From: an uncultured delta proteobacterium
GTDB taxonomy: Bacteria > Desulfobacterota > Zymogenia > Zymogenales > Zymogenaceae
Length of the DNA stretch: 64,000 nucleotides
Reading direction: 5' to 3'
Assembly (NCBI GenBank): GCA_963735595.1
Contig: CAVTLK010000001.1
Coordinates: forward strand, 256,001-320,000
Positions 63,071-64,000 of this stretch are shown piece by piece; the first letter of the stretch is position 1; each line of letters opens with the position of its first letter. The notes under the pieces are model-generated. The model was given only the letters and a program-made list of their open reading frames with translations. It did no database searches and was not told where the DNA came from. Made by a program: the position numbers and the translations under genes.

Positions 63071-63646
63071 ATGCAAAATCATCACCCGATTAGCGAGGAT
63101 GTCGAACCTCCATCCACAGGTGGCCGGAGATCAGACCTCAAAGGCTGCCGTGCGTCGAAAAGTCCCGTTGCCCATGATCCCGTTCATGGTCCTAATTTTA
63201 TTCTCAAAACCTACCGTTTTAAGAAAAGCCACTTAAAGACAGAACATTCGTTATCTTCGCGTTTTGCGCCGTTTATGTACAGGGCGGCCGAAATCAACAG
63301 CCAATTAGCGGATCGTACGGGCTTGTTCGAAGAAGATGACGAATACCCTCCCTCGGCCTCACACAGGCCCGAGCTCCGAGACCCCCGACTTCCGGGGAAT
63401 ATTGAACTACGAAAATGCCTAGGTAAGACGTCGGGTATATCCCTGTACTTTAAGAAAGCGGACACCGCGCTTCGGAAGTACACGAATAATCTGCCTTCCG
63501 GAAGCACGGAGAAGGCGATTCCCGGCCATCCTCAGGATGTTGGGCGACGTTTGCTTAGCTTGCGTTTTCGTTGTCCGTCCTTTGTTTCGTGGTTTCGTTG
63601 TGTTCCAAGCGGCCGTCTTTCGCCGCCCGGTATCGTTTCAGGTTGA
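63071..63646 (+). CDS. Hypothetical protein with two acidic E-D-x-E-(Y)-P-P-S motifs
   Basis: AGGAG RBS; SEDVEPPS (aa 8-15) and EEDDEYPPS (aa 87-95); the 3' half may not be coding. Confidence 0.45.
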   Translation: MQNHHPISEDVEPPSTGGRRSDLKGCRASKSPVAHDPVHGPNFILKTYRFKKSHLKTEHSLSSRFAPFMYRAAEINSQLADRTGLFEEDDEYPPSASHRPELRDPRLPGNIELRKCLGKTSGISLYFKKADTALRKYTNNLPSGSTEKAIPGHPQDVGRRLLSLRFRCPSFVSWFRCVPSGRLSPPGIVSG

Positions 63647-63738
63647 TACCGCCTGATATTGATACTACGGCAATATAGACCCCGGTCTTACGGGGGCTTA
63701 CGGAACAAACCTAAAACCCGAACCTAAAGGACCATACC

Positions 63739-64000
63739 ATGAAAATAGGAATAACCTACGACCTGAGACATTACTATCTATCTCAGGGCATGGGAGAAGA
63801 AGAGACGGCGGAATTTGACAGCCCCGTCACAATCGAGAGCATAGATTCGACCCTGGCCGAGCTGGGTCATATTACCGATCGTATCGGCAATATCAGGAAC
63901 CTGACGTCGCGGCTTGCCGCCGGTGACAACTGGGACCTTGTCTTCAACATCGCCGAGGGGATACATGGTTTCGGCCGTGAGGCCCAGGTGCCCGCGCTCC
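63739..64000 (+). CDS. D-alanine--D-alanine-ligase-like ATP-grasp protein (partial, runs off the window)
   Basis: MKIGITYDLRHYYLSQGMGEEETAEFDSPVTIESI...WDLVFNIAEGIHGFGREAQVPAL; absent from the ORF track. Confidence 0.85.
   Translation, partial: MKIGITYDLRHYYLSQGMGEEETAEFDSPVTIESIDSTLAELGHITDRIGNIRNLTSRLAAGDNWDLVFNIAEGIHGFGREAQVPAL

Overview
Bacterial chromosomal window, most likely from an anaerobic deltaproteobacterium (Desulfobacterota-like; inferred from gene content and a sigma54-driven pilin). It is mostly housekeeping: the 3' part of one V/A-type ATPase operon (C-F-A-B-D), a complete second operon (H-C-I-K-F-E-A-B-D plus a USP), murI, a divergent standalone EF-G, plsC, acs, cpoB, trxB, tandem nucleotide-sugar dehydrogenases, skp, trpB2, a cyclic-nucleotide signalling trio, accD-folC, coaBC, a family-4 UDG, nfeD, a KAS III, mutS, nadB and pgsA. 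The best signal missing from the ORF track is a redox operon at 16.1-18.5 kb: ECF sigma, zinc anti-sigma, an unannotated 70-aa membrane protein, thioredoxin reductase and an FmdB zinc-ribbon protein. Two of its small genes carry an in-frame UGA followed by a SECIS-like hairpin, so both are candidate selenoproteins. Other highlights: a Trp leader-peptide attenuator with two tandem terminators upstream of an orphan trpB2; a beta-barrel + 2x FecR-Ig + CARDB surface module; two promoter-fronted structured intergenic RNA candidates; and an ORF with a repeated acidic E-D-x-E-(Y)-P-P-S motif upstream of an ATP-grasp ligase. Seven protein-coding genes plus the pilin are split by small indels, most probably assembly consensus errors. 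No rRNA, tRNA, CRISPR array or mobile element was recognised.
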